Assembly (NCBI GenBank): GCA_963726285.1 | Contig: CAVSBV010000004.1 | Coordinates: 18,659 to 82,658 of the forward strand | Origin: Vulcanimicrobiota bacterium | Lineage (GTDB): Bacteria > Vulcanimicrobiota > Vulcanimicrobiia > Vulcanimicrobiales > Vulcanimicrobiaceae | Length of the DNA: 64,000 nucleotides | Reading direction: 5' to 3' | Shown here: positions 33,256 to 42,011 of the stretch, in pieces | Layout of the letters: each line of letters begins with the position of its first letter | Position numbering within the stretch: the stretch's first letter is position 1 | Position numbers and translations under genes: made by a program | The notes under the pieces: model-generated | What the model was told of the DNA's origin: nothing | What the model saw: only the letters and a program-made list of their open reading frames with translations | The model's database searches: none

Positions 33256-34155
33256 GTGCGCATCTCCGAGGCCCTCGCAACGCAGCGTCCATTCTTTTCC
33301 TTCGAGTTCTTTCCACCAAAGGATGACGATGGCGCGCGCGCGCTTTTAGCCACGATCGAACTGCTTGCACCGCTCCGTCCGGCGTTCGTTTCGATCACCT
33401 ACGGTGCCGGTGGCTCGTCGCGTGAGCGCACGGTCGCGCTTGCCAAGCAGATCGAGCGCGACCTCGGGCTTACGGTGATGGCGCACGTGACGTGCGTGGG
33501 CTCGTCGCGCGCGGACCTGCGCGCGCTCTTTGACGATCTTGCTCGTGGCGGCATTCAAAACGTGCTGGCGCTTCGCGGAGACCCGCCCAAGGGGGCGAGC
33601 GCATTTGAAGTGGCACCCGGCGGCTTCGCGTACGCGAGTGACCTCGTCGCGATGTTGCGCCGCAATTACGATTTCTGCATCGGCGCTGCGTTCTATCCCG
33701 AGACGCATGCCGAAGCGGAAAGTCCCGAGGCCGATCTTGCGCACCTCAAAGAGAAGGTCGACGCCGGCGCGGATTTCTTGGTCAGCCAGCTCTTCTTCGA
33801 TAACGATCGCTATGCGGAGTTTCTCGCTCGCGCACAGCGGGCCGGCATCGATGTGCCGATGATCCCGGGGCTCATGCCGATTACCAACGCCTCGCAGATT
33901 TCACGCTTTACCTCGAGCATCGGCGCATCGATTCCTCCGAAACTTCTGCGCGAACTCGAGTTACGTCGCGAGGATTCGAAGGCGGTCGAGGATTTGGGTG
34001 TGGCGTACGCTGCGTTGCAAGCAACAGAGCTGCTCGGCCGCGGTTCGCCGGGGATTCATTTCTATACGCTCAATCGTTCGCCGGCGACGCGGGCGATTGT
34101 CTCTGCACTCATCGCCGGGAGCGCATGGCGCCCTAGTTTTGGAGCAGTACACTGA
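33256..34155 (+). CDS. metF: 5,10-methylenetetrahydrofolate reductase
   Basis: 299 aa: FSFEFFPPKDDDG, SITYGAGGS, LALRGDPP. Confidence 0.9.
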   Translation: MRISEALATQRPFFSFEFFPPKDDDGARALLATIELLAPLRPAFVSITYGAGGSSRERTVALAKQIERDLGLTVMAHVTCVGSSRADLRALFDDLARGGIQNVLALRGDPPKGASAFEVAPGGFAYASDLVAMLRRNYDFCIGAAFYPETHAEAESPEADLAHLKEKVDAGADFLVSQLFFDNDRYAEFLARAQRAGIDVPMIPGLMPITNASQISRFTSSIGASIPPKLLRELELRREDSKAVEDLGVAYAALQATELLGRGSPGIHFYTLNRSPATRAIVSALIAGSAWRPSFGAVH

Positions 34156-34817
34156 TGATCGAACGTGCCGAGGACGTCGACGCCTATCTCGCCGCGCAAT
34201 TCGTTGGTGATGATCCGGATTTGGAACAAGCGCTCGAGCGCAGCGAAGCCGCCGGCTTGCCGCCGATCGCCGTGTCTGCCGTGCAAGGAAAATTCTTGTA
34301 TCTGCTTGCGGATCTGCGCGGTGCGCGGCGCATCCTCGAGATCGGCACGCTCGGCGGCTACAGCGCGATCTGGCTCGCGCGGGCGCTCCCGGCCGATGGG
34401 TTGCTCCTCAGCCTCGAGATCGATCCCGAGCACGCAGATGTAGCGCGCGCGAATCTCGCCGCCGCCGGCCTCGATGCGGTGACGACGGTGGAAGTCGCGC
34501 CCGCGCTCGAGAGTCTCGATCGGCTGATCGCCGAAGGTGCGGCGCCGTTCGATTTGATCTTTATCGATGCAGACAAAGAAAACAATCCCAACTATCTCGA
34601 GCGCGCGCTCAAGCTCTCGCAGCCCGGCACGGTGGTCGTGGTCGACAACGTTGTCCGCGATGGCGCCGTCGCCGATCTTTCGAACGTGGATCCGATGGTT
34701 GTCGGCGCCCGGCGTGCCCTCGAAATCCTCGCCACGAACCCGCGATTTGAAGCCACGGCGCTGCAAACCGTTGGAGATAAGGGCCACGACGGCTTCGCCG
34801 TGGCGATCGTGCGGTAA
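34155..34817 (+). CDS. class I SAM-dependent O-methyltransferase (caffeoyl-CoA OMT-like family 3)
   Basis: 220 aa: RILEIGTLGGYSAIWLA and FDLIFIDADKENNPNY. One-nt TGATG overlap with metF. Confidence 0.85.
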   Translation: MIERAEDVDAYLAAQFVGDDPDLEQALERSEAAGLPPIAVSAVQGKFLYLLADLRGARRILEIGTLGGYSAIWLARALPADGLLLSLEIDPEHADVARANLAAAGLDAVTTVEVAPALESLDRLIAEGAAPFDLIFIDADKENNPNYLERALKLSQPGTVVVVDNVVRDGAVADLSNVDPMVVGARRALEILATNPRFEATALQTVGDKGHDGFAVAIVR

Positions 34818-34871
34818 CGGCGTTTCGATTCCGGCAACATTGAGGTAACGTCGGCTGCCTACTGTCGGCGG

Positions 34872-35141
34872 ATGGGCGCATTCGACGCGTTGCTGCGCGA
34901 AACGATGGTGCTGGCCGCGATCCTCTGCATTCCGGTCTTAGCGATAGCCGCGCTCGTCGGCACGTCGGTTGCGATCGTGCAGGCGGCAACGCAAGTGCAA
35001 GAGCAGACGCTCACGCTCCTGCCCAAAGTGATCGCGGTGGGGTTGACGTTGGCCCTCTTCGGGGCGTTTGGAATGCACGCATGCGCGCAACTCTTCAACG
35101 ATGCGCTCGCAGCGATTCCGGCACTGGTCTACGGATCGTGA
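34872..35141 (+). CDS. fliQ: flagellar-type export gate protein FliQ
   Basis: 89 aa: IVQAATQVQEQTLTLLPKV. Confidence 0.9.
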   Translation: MGAFDALLRETMVLAAILCIPVLAIAALVGTSVAIVQAATQVQEQTLTLLPKVIAVGLTLALFGAFGMHACAQLFNDALAAIPALVYGS

Positions 35142-35851
35142 CGGCGACGGCGTTGCTGGTCTTTGCACGCTGCGCCGGCTTTGCATCGCGCGCACCCGGG
35201 TTCTCGCACCCAAGCGTACCGCACGCAGTTCGCGTGGGAATCGCACTCTTCTTGACCATCGCGATCGTTCCGGGCGTGCGCACAGCGCACGCGGCCGGCG
35301 TTATTCTCGCTATCGCATTTCTGGTTGAGTTCTTGCTCGGAAGTGCGATAGGCATGGGCGCGTCGCTCCTATACGACGGGGCGTATGCGGGTGGGCGCAT
35401 GCTCGACGACTACGTTGGCGTCAAGGCGATGGCACCGAACGTGCAACTGGTTGCGCCGAGCGGCTTCGGACGCGTCTGGTCAATAGCATTTACCGGCGGA
35501 TACTTTTTGCTCGGTGCTTACCGCGTGACGCTCGTGGCCTTTGCGCGCAGCTTCGACCGTGTCACGCCGGGTGCACCGTTCGACCCGCATGCGTGGCTCG
35601 CGTTCGCGTGCACGCTCGCGAGCACGATCGTGCTGGTCGGCGTTGCCGTGGCCGCACCGGCAATTGCACTCGCATTCGTCGTGCAGGTTGCGGTCGCCGC
35701 ACTGACGCGTACGATTCCTCGTTTCGCCGGTTTCTCGCTCTCGTTTCCACTCGTTTTTGGTGCGGTGTTGCTCGTGACCGCGGTCTCGATTCCGCTCCTC
35801 TCTGCTCGTGCCGGCCATCCGCTGTTGCCGTTCCCGGGAAATATACCGTGA
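35138..35851 (+). CDS. fliR: flagellar-type export gate protein FliR
   Basis: 237 aa from GTG 35138 (GTGA overlap with the fliQ stop). Polytopic: LVFARCAGFASRAPGFSHPSVPHAVRVGIALFLT. Confidence 0.85.
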   Translation: MTATALLVFARCAGFASRAPGFSHPSVPHAVRVGIALFLTIAIVPGVRTAHAAGVILAIAFLVEFLLGSAIGMGASLLYDGAYAGGRMLDDYVGVKAMAPNVQLVAPSGFGRVWSIAFTGGYFLLGAYRVTLVAFARSFDRVTPGAPFDPHAWLAFACTLASTIVLVGVAVAAPAIALAFVVQVAVAALTRTIPRFAGFSLSFPLVFGAVLLVTAVSIPLLSARAGHPLLPFPGNIP

Positions 35852-36861
35852 GTAACGACAGCGGCGAGAAGACGTTCGATGCACCACCGTCACGCATAGC
35901 GAAGGCGCGTCGCGAGGGCAATCTCCCGCGCGCACAAGAGTTTAGCGGAAACCTCGCGTTCGTTGCCGCCGCTGCGGGCGTCTGCGCGATTGCCGCACCG
36001 CTGGGCGCTATTGGAAGAGAAGCCTTGCGGCACGCCGTACGCGGCACGCTCGATGTGGGAAGTCTTCTCGCAATCGTCGCGCTCGCGCTGGTTCCAGCGT
36101 GCCTGGCAGCGGTTGCGGGCGTCGCGGCCACACTCGTGCAAAGCGGCGGCCTCGTGCCCGTCGCCCCGGCGTTAAAGTTCGAGCGGCTGCAGCCGGTCGA
36201 GGGCATCAAGCGCATGCTTTCGCGCGAGGCACTCACCCATGGCGCGCGCGCGCTTTGCGCCTTTACGCTGGCGTCCGTGGCGATGCTTCCGGCGCTGCGC
36301 GACCTTGCACGTGCGGGAGCTGTCGCGTTAGCGCCGCAAAGTGTGGCGCTGATCGCCTGGAACGGGGCGCAGCGCGTGGTCTGGGCCGCAGCCGCAATAG
36401 GGTTGCTCTTTGCAATTGCAGAGTACGGTGTCGCTCGGCGAACATGGCTGCGCAAGTTGCGCATGAGCCTTGCCGAGCTCAAGCGCGAGCTGAAGGAGCA
36501 TGACGGCGATCCGATCGCGCGAGGCCGGCGTAAGGCGTTACATCGTAACCTTATGCGCGGTGCGCTCGCCAAAGTAAAAGAGGCGGCGTTCGTCGTCGTC
36601 AATCCGACGCACATTGCAATCGCGCTCGACTATCGGCCGCCGGCGGTTGCGGTGCCGACCGTGCTCGTGCGCGCTGCGGGCGAGATGGCCTTGCGCGTGC
36701 GCGAGTTTGCGACGGAAGAAGGCATCCCCGTGATCGAAAACGTGACGCTGGCCCGAGCGCTCTATCGCGACGGTGCCGTCGGTGAACCGATCGCCTACGA
36801 ACAGTACATCGCCGTCGCCGAGATCGTTGCCGCGTTGATCAAGAGCGGGGCGCTCCTATGA
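35848..36861 (+). CDS. flhB: flagellar-type export switch protein FlhB
   Basis: 337 aa from GTG 35848 (GTGA overlap). N-terminus SGEKTFDAPPSRIAKARREGNLPRAQE, NPTH autocleavage site (VVVNPTHIAIAL). Confidence 0.9.
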   Translation: MSNDSGEKTFDAPPSRIAKARREGNLPRAQEFSGNLAFVAAAAGVCAIAAPLGAIGREALRHAVRGTLDVGSLLAIVALALVPACLAAVAGVAATLVQSGGLVPVAPALKFERLQPVEGIKRMLSREALTHGARALCAFTLASVAMLPALRDLARAGAVALAPQSVALIAWNGAQRVVWAAAAIGLLFAIAEYGVARRTWLRKLRMSLAELKRELKEHDGDPIARGRRKALHRNLMRGALAKVKEAAFVVVNPTHIAIALDYRPPAVAVPTVLVRAAGEMALRVREFATEEGIPVIENVTLARALYRDGAVGEPIAYEQYIAVAEIVAALIKSGALL

Positions 36862-38915
36862 CGCGCGTGCCGGTGTACGCCTTTGCCGGCGTGCTGCTGG
36901 CGATAGTCGGCATCCTCATCGTGCCGCTCCCGCCGGCGCTGCTCGACATCTTACTCGGAATCAACATCTTCGGCTCGGCGCTCGTCCTGTTGCTCGCGGT
37001 GACGATCGACGACCCGCTGGAGTTCTCGGCCTTTGCGCCTGCGCTGCTGGTTGCCACGCTCTTTCGCCTCTCGCTCGACGTGTCGGCAACGCGCTTGATC
37101 CTGACGCAGGGCGCGACTCCGGGCGAGGTTGGCGCGATCATTCCCGCGTTCGGGGCATTTGTCGTACAGGGTAATCTCGTCGTGGGACTGATCGTTTTCG
37201 CGATCCTGATTACGATTCAGTTCGTGGTCATCGCCAGCGGTTCGCAACGCGTTGCAGAAGTTGCGGCCCGCTTCACGCTCGACGCGATGCCGGGCAAGCA
37301 GATGGCAATTGATGCCGACGTGCACGCCGGGGCGCTCGACGCGGAAGGCGCGCGTCGCAAGCGCGCGCTGGTCCAGCGCGAGGCCGATTTCTACGGTGCG
37401 ATGGATGGCGCCGGAAAGTTCGTCAAGGGCGATGCAATCGCAGCCCTTGTGATCGTTGCATTAAATATCGTCGGCGGCATCGTTGTCGGAATCGCCTATC
37501 ACGGTCTCTCGCCGCTGGATGCGATCGATACGTTCGCCTTGCTCTCGATCGGCAATGCGCTCGTGACGACGTTGCCCGCTTTCCTTATCTCTACGGCGAT
37601 GGGGATGATGGTTACGCGCGTCGCCTCCGACGGAGCACTCGGCGCGGACCTCGCGGCGCAACTCTTTGCTCGGCCCGACGTCCTGCGCAGCGCTGGGGCG
37701 ATGCTGCTCGTGCTCTCGTTCGTGCCGGCGCTTCCGCGACCGGTCTTCCTCGTACTCGGCGCGAGCGCGTTCGTGCTCGCACACGTGGCGGCAGCACGCA
37801 GGAAGCGCAGCGACGACGAGGCGCGGGCATCGAGCGAGCGTGCAAAGCGTCAGGCGTTGCGCCGGCCCGAACTTGCGCTCAATCTCGTCGGAGTCGACGC
37901 GATGTCGATCGATATCGGCGCGGATCTCGCACACCTGCTCGTGCCGCCGCTGGCCGACGCGTTACTCGATCGCATCGGCGAAGTACGGCGCGCGCTCGCC
38001 GGCGAGATTGGGCTCGTGCTACCCGGCGTGCGTCTGCGCGACGACCTTGCGCGCGATCCGCAAACCTATGCGATTCGCGTGCGCGACCGCGTCGTTGCGC
38101 AGGGGCGCTTGGAGCTCGGCCGCGTGATGGCCGTCGCGAATGCAGAACAGCTCGTGCGACTCGGGTTGCGCGTTGAAACAGAGCCGGTCTACGCATTGCC
38201 GGCGGCGTGGATCGATGCGAGCGAGAGTGAGCGCGCGGCTTCGGCCGGTGCGCTCGTCTTCGACCCGATCTCGATCGTCGGTTCGCACGTAGCGGAAACG
38301 GTACGTCGCTACGCGAGCGAACTGCTCGGTCGCCAAGAGCTCCAAACGCTGCTCGAACATCTGCGGGCAACCATGCCGGCACTTGTCCGGGACGTCGGAA
38401 CGGATGCATTTCCGCTGGGTGTGTTGCACAAAGCCTTCGGGCATTTACTGCGCGAGCAAGCGTGGCCGCGCGATCCCGTAGCGGTGCTGCAGGCGATGCT
38501 GGAGTCACCGTCGCGCGACTCGCGTGAGTTGGCCGAAATTGCGCGACGCGTGATTCTTCCCGATTTGGTGCGCCGCCGCACTATCGAGCAGTTGGAGCCG
38601 CTCGTCATCGACGCGGAATACGACCGCGAGCTCGTGCGTCAATGGGGTGGCTTTGGCGCCGACCTGGCTCCCGATCCGCAGCGTGCAATCGCGCTGCGCG
38701 ACGAGGTCGCGGCGTACGTCGCGAAAGTTCCGCGCGATCGCGCTGCTGTGTTGTGCAGCGCTGCGCTGCGACCGGTGCTCGCCGATCTGTTGCTACGCTC
38801 GGAGGTTCACGTCGACGTGCTCAGCTACGCCGAGCTGCCGCCGGAGTTGACACTGGCTCCGGTTGGCATGCTCGGCGCTACAGATGGAGCGCGCGTACCA
38901 GTAGGAGCAGGGTGA
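36858..38915 (+). CDS. flhA: flagellar-type export protein FlhA
   Basis: 685 aa with ATGA overlap onto flhB: FRLSLDVSATRLILTQG and MPGKQMAIDAD. Confidence 0.9.
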   Translation: MTRVPVYAFAGVLLAIVGILIVPLPPALLDILLGINIFGSALVLLLAVTIDDPLEFSAFAPALLVATLFRLSLDVSATRLILTQGATPGEVGAIIPAFGAFVVQGNLVVGLIVFAILITIQFVVIASGSQRVAEVAARFTLDAMPGKQMAIDADVHAGALDAEGARRKRALVQREADFYGAMDGAGKFVKGDAIAALVIVALNIVGGIVVGIAYHGLSPLDAIDTFALLSIGNALVTTLPAFLISTAMGMMVTRVASDGALGADLAAQLFARPDVLRSAGAMLLVLSFVPALPRPVFLVLGASAFVLAHVAAARRKRSDDEARASSERAKRQALRRPELALNLVGVDAMSIDIGADLAHLLVPPLADALLDRIGEVRRALAGEIGLVLPGVRLRDDLARDPQTYAIRVRDRVVAQGRLELGRVMAVANAEQLVRLGLRVETEPVYALPAAWIDASESERAASAGALVFDPISIVGSHVAETVRRYASELLGRQELQTLLEHLRATMPALVRDVGTDAFPLGVLHKAFGHLLREQAWPRDPVAVLQAMLESPSRDSRELAEIARRVILPDLVRRRTIEQLEPLVIDAEYDRELVRQWGGFGADLAPDPQRAIALRDEVAAYVAKVPRDRAAVLCSAALRPVLADLLLRSEVHVDVLSYAELPPELTLAPVGMLGATDGARVPVGAG

Positions 38916-39165
38916 GCACCGCGCCGACTTGGAGCGCGAGTACCTGGCGCGCCGGTTGCGGTTCGCGCGGCAACCACTTAAAAGCGAAGAACGCCATTAT
39001 CAACACTTCCAGCGGCAGCAGCAGTTGAAAGAGGTGGGCCCCAGTGCCCTCGTCGTGCTCGCGGGCAGCCCCCATGCGGACGACGTAGACCGCAAGGAGC
39101 ACGAGAAGCAGACCCGAGATCACCAGTGGGAGGAAGGCACTTGTGCGTTTGAGCAGTGGCCACAT
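38878..39165 (-). CDS. small membrane protein
   Basis: About 95 aa from ATG 39165 (TTG 39186 possible) with high GC3 and three hydrophobic helices. It overlaps the flhA 3' end convergently by 38 nt. Confidence 0.45.
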   Translation of the reverse strand: MWPLLKRTSAFLPLVISGLLLVLLAVYVVRMGAAREHDEGTGAHLFQLLLPLEVLIMAFFAFKWLPREPQPARQVLALQVGAVLTLLLLVRALHL

Positions 39166-39356
39166 GACGGTAACTTTGTACCACAAAGTTACGAGGGTCG
39201 CAAGTATTCCCAGCGTTTGACGAAGGCGCGGGAGGCTGATAGAGTCTCTAGGTTAAAGACCTGGCGGCCCCGCGTCGACTTTAGCCCGGCAAAGGTTGAG
39301 CTTTGACGGATAAAGTCACCTGGGCCCTTTCTTTGGTACCACTACCCGAAGGCCGC

Positions 39357-40733
39357 ATGAGCTGGAATTTTCTTCGACCCTTAGCCAAAGCGCTGGTAAT
39401 TGCCGGCGTTGTCGCATACTCGTTGTGGGCGTGTCTCCCGATCGATCAGAAGATCCATTTGGGTCTCGATCTGCAGGGCGGATCGCGCTTGTTGCTTCAG
39501 CTTTCGCCTACGTCGGACGTGAAGAGCATCACGCCCGAAATACAAGCGCAAACGCACCAGGTCATCGAGCAACGCATCGACTCGCTTGGCGTTACCGAGC
39601 CGCAGATCAGCAACGTCGGCAGCGATCGCCTCCTGGTCGAGATTCCGAATCTCAAGAATCCCGATCAAGCGGAGCAGTTGATCAAACAGGTCGCGGTGCT
39701 CGAGTACAAGATCATGCCGCAAGAGGTTGAAGCGAAGGCCGAGCAGGCGCTGCAGATCGTCAACAACCCCAAGCTGCCGGGCGTCAGCGCGAAAGCGCGC
39801 GCCGAGGCACAAGCCTACGTGCAGCAAGGCGCCTACGCCGCGAGCGGCGATGTCGTGTATACCGGCAAGGAATTGCAGTCCGCGACCGCCGGCTACGACC
39901 AGTCGAACAATCCCGACATTCAATTCGTAACCAAGAACCCGAGTAAGTTCTACAAGATGAGCAGCGAGAACTTGGGCAAGTTGCTCGCGATCTTCCTCGA
40001 TCATCGCTACGTCTCGGCGGCTACGCTCCAAGGGGCAATCTCGAGCAACGGCCAGATCACCGGTTCGTTCACGCAAGAGCAAACGGTAACGCTCGCTAAC
40101 GAACTCAATGCCGGCGCCCTTCCCGCCTCAATCTCGATTATCGAGAAAGAGTCGATCGGACCGACGCTCGGTAAGATCGATTTGATTCAGTCGTTAAAAG
40201 CATCGATGCTCGGCCTTGGGCTCGTCCTGCTCTTTATGATCGTCGTCTATCGCCTGCCCGGCCTCCTCGCCGATTTCGCGCTGGTCATCTACGTGATCGT
40301 CATGCTCGGCATTCTCGCACTCTCGCACGCGACGCTCACGCTGCCCGGCATCGCCGGTTTCGTGCTCTCGATCGGTATGGCGGTCGATGCGAACGTGCTG
40401 ATCTTCGAGCGCATCAAAGAAGAACTGTGGAACGGCAAGACGCTGCGTGCCTCGGTGCGCGTCGGCTTTGCGCGGGCCTTCTCGGCGGTCTTCGACAGTC
40501 ACTTCACCACGATCGTCGGCGCTGGCGTGCTCTTCATGCTCGGTACCGGCACGGTGAAGGGCTTCGCATTCACGCTCTTCTGGGGCACCGTGGTCTCGTT
40601 GGTCACGGCAGTCTTCATCACGCGCTTCTTCGTCGACGTGTTGGTCGACAACAATATTCTCACCGCTCCCGAACTCTATGGCGTCAAGTCCGACGACGTC
40701 GGGATCTTTGCCAAGCAGGGGGCGACGGCCTAA
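39357..40733 (+). CDS. secD: protein translocase subunit SecD
   Basis: 458 aa from ATG 39357: LGLDLQGGSRLLLQ and a C-terminal six-TM domain with AVDANVLIFERIKEE. Confidence 0.9.
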   Translation: MSWNFLRPLAKALVIAGVVAYSLWACLPIDQKIHLGLDLQGGSRLLLQLSPTSDVKSITPEIQAQTHQVIEQRIDSLGVTEPQISNVGSDRLLVEIPNLKNPDQAEQLIKQVAVLEYKIMPQEVEAKAEQALQIVNNPKLPGVSAKARAEAQAYVQQGAYAASGDVVYTGKELQSATAGYDQSNNPDIQFVTKNPSKFYKMSSENLGKLLAIFLDHRYVSAATLQGAISSNGQITGSFTQEQTVTLANELNAGALPASISIIEKESIGPTLGKIDLIQSLKASMLGLGLVLLFMIVVYRLPGLLADFALVIYVIVMLGILALSHATLTLPGIAGFVLSIGMAVDANVLIFERIKEELWNGKTLRASVRVGFARAFSAVFDSHFTTIVGAGVLFMLGTGTVKGFAFTLFWGTVVSLVTAVFITRFFVDVLVDNNILTAPELYGVKSDDVGIFAKQGATA

Positions 40734-40736
40734 GCG

Positions 40737-42011
40737 ATGTTCTTCCGCAGACTCAACTGGAATATCGTCGGCTGGTTCCGTACCGTCTCGGCGATCTCGT
40801 ATCTCATCATTGCACTTGGTCTTGGTGCGATGATCTACCACGGCTTCCAAGGCGGCCAGGGCTTCCAGCCCTCACACATGCTGCGCTTGGGGCTCACCTT
40901 CACCGGTGGTACGGAAGTCGACGTCACCTACACGAAGCCGGTGACGAGCGATCAGCTCAAGGAAGCCCTCGCGCCGCTCAACCTCGCCGACGAGCGAATC
41001 AACACAGCGGGCACCAACGGCACGCAGTTCACGATTGAGACGCAAACCTCGTTTGCCAACAACTCCGTGCCGCTCAAAGACGCCTTGAGCAAGGCAGCGC
41101 CGATTGATGCGAGCCAGCTCAGCATCACCGCAATCGGACCAACGCTCGGCGCCGAGTATCTGCGCGACGCGCTCTTGGCGCTGATCATTGCGCTCAGCAT
41201 CCAGTTCATCTATATCGCGTTCCGCTTCGGCTGGAACTACATCTTCGGGCTGGTCACGGTCATCGCACTGGTGCGCGACGCGCTCGTGATGATCGGCATC
41301 TACGCGATTGCCGACCGGCCGGCCGATGACGCGTTCCTGGCCGCCGTGTTGACCGTCATCGGTTACTCGGTCATGGACACGATCGTCATCTTAGACCGAA
41401 TCCGAGAGAATACGAAGCTGATGGTCGGCGTAGCTTACGACACGATTGTCAACGAGTCGATCAAACAGACGATGACGCGTTCGTTCAACACGCTCGCGAC
41501 CGTCGTCATCACGCTTGTTGCGCTGCTCGCGCTCGGTGGCGCAAGCCTGAAGAACTTCGCCTTCGCGCTGCTCGTCGGTATCCTCTCGGGCGGCTATCAC
41601 TCGATCTTCTTTTCGGCGCCGCTCGTGCTCAACTTCCGCAAACGGCAGCTCGAAGTGGCGGCGCGCAAGCGCCTTGCGGCTGCGAACGCTATAGGGCAGG
41701 CGCCGGCACGTGCCGATTCGGGCGGTCGCGTTTCGCGTGAAGATATCGTCGCGGCGCGCCGCGCGCGTCGCGAGCAGCAGAAGACCTCGGGTCGCGCTCC
41801 GCAAACTTCACCCGCACGTTACCGCCGCAAGCGCGATGAGAACGCGCCGGCATCCGTCGACACGATGGATCCGGTCGATCCGCTCGACGCGCAGACGACT
41901 GGCCTGCACGATGCGGCCTTCGACGCCGGGCACGAAACGATCAATTTGAATCTCGAAGGGTTCGAGGCTCCCGCTCCGGAGCATGAGCCGGACGCCACGC
42001 ACCAAGAGTAA
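40737..42011 (+). CDS. secF: protein translocase subunit SecF with a long low-complexity C-terminal extension
   Basis: 424 aa: LGLTFTGGTEV, VIGYSVMDTIVILDRIREN. Roughly the last 110 aa are Arg/Ala/Pro/Asp-rich. Confidence 0.9.
   Translation: MFFRRLNWNIVGWFRTVSAISYLIIALGLGAMIYHGFQGGQGFQPSHMLRLGLTFTGGTEVDVTYTKPVTSDQLKEALAPLNLADERINTAGTNGTQFTIETQTSFANNSVPLKDALSKAAPIDASQLSITAIGPTLGAEYLRDALLALIIALSIQFIYIAFRFGWNYIFGLVTVIALVRDALVMIGIYAIADRPADDAFLAAVLTVIGYSVMDTIVILDRIRENTKLMVGVAYDTIVNESIKQTMTRSFNTLATVVITLVALLALGGASLKNFAFALLVGILSGGYHSIFFSAPLVLNFRKRQLEVAARKRLAAANAIGQAPARADSGGRVSREDIVAARRARREQQKTSGRAPQTSPARYRRKRDENAPASVDTMDPVDPLDAQTTGLHDAAFDAGHETINLNLEGFEAPAPEHEPDATHQE

Noticed and set aside
35562-36614. 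350-aa minus-strand ORF over fliR/flhB
   Set aside because: It is antisense to flhB, which has an NPTH site and a canonical N-terminus. The product is an Ala/Arg/Ser low-complexity sequence.
34872-38915. Interpreting fliQ-fliR-flhB-flhA as an injectisome (SctS/T/U/V)
   Set aside because: The families cannot be separated by eye. However, the contiguous P-Q-R-FlhB-FlhA order is the flagellar arrangement, and no needle, translocon or effector genes are nearby. Profile HMMs could overturn the flagellar call.
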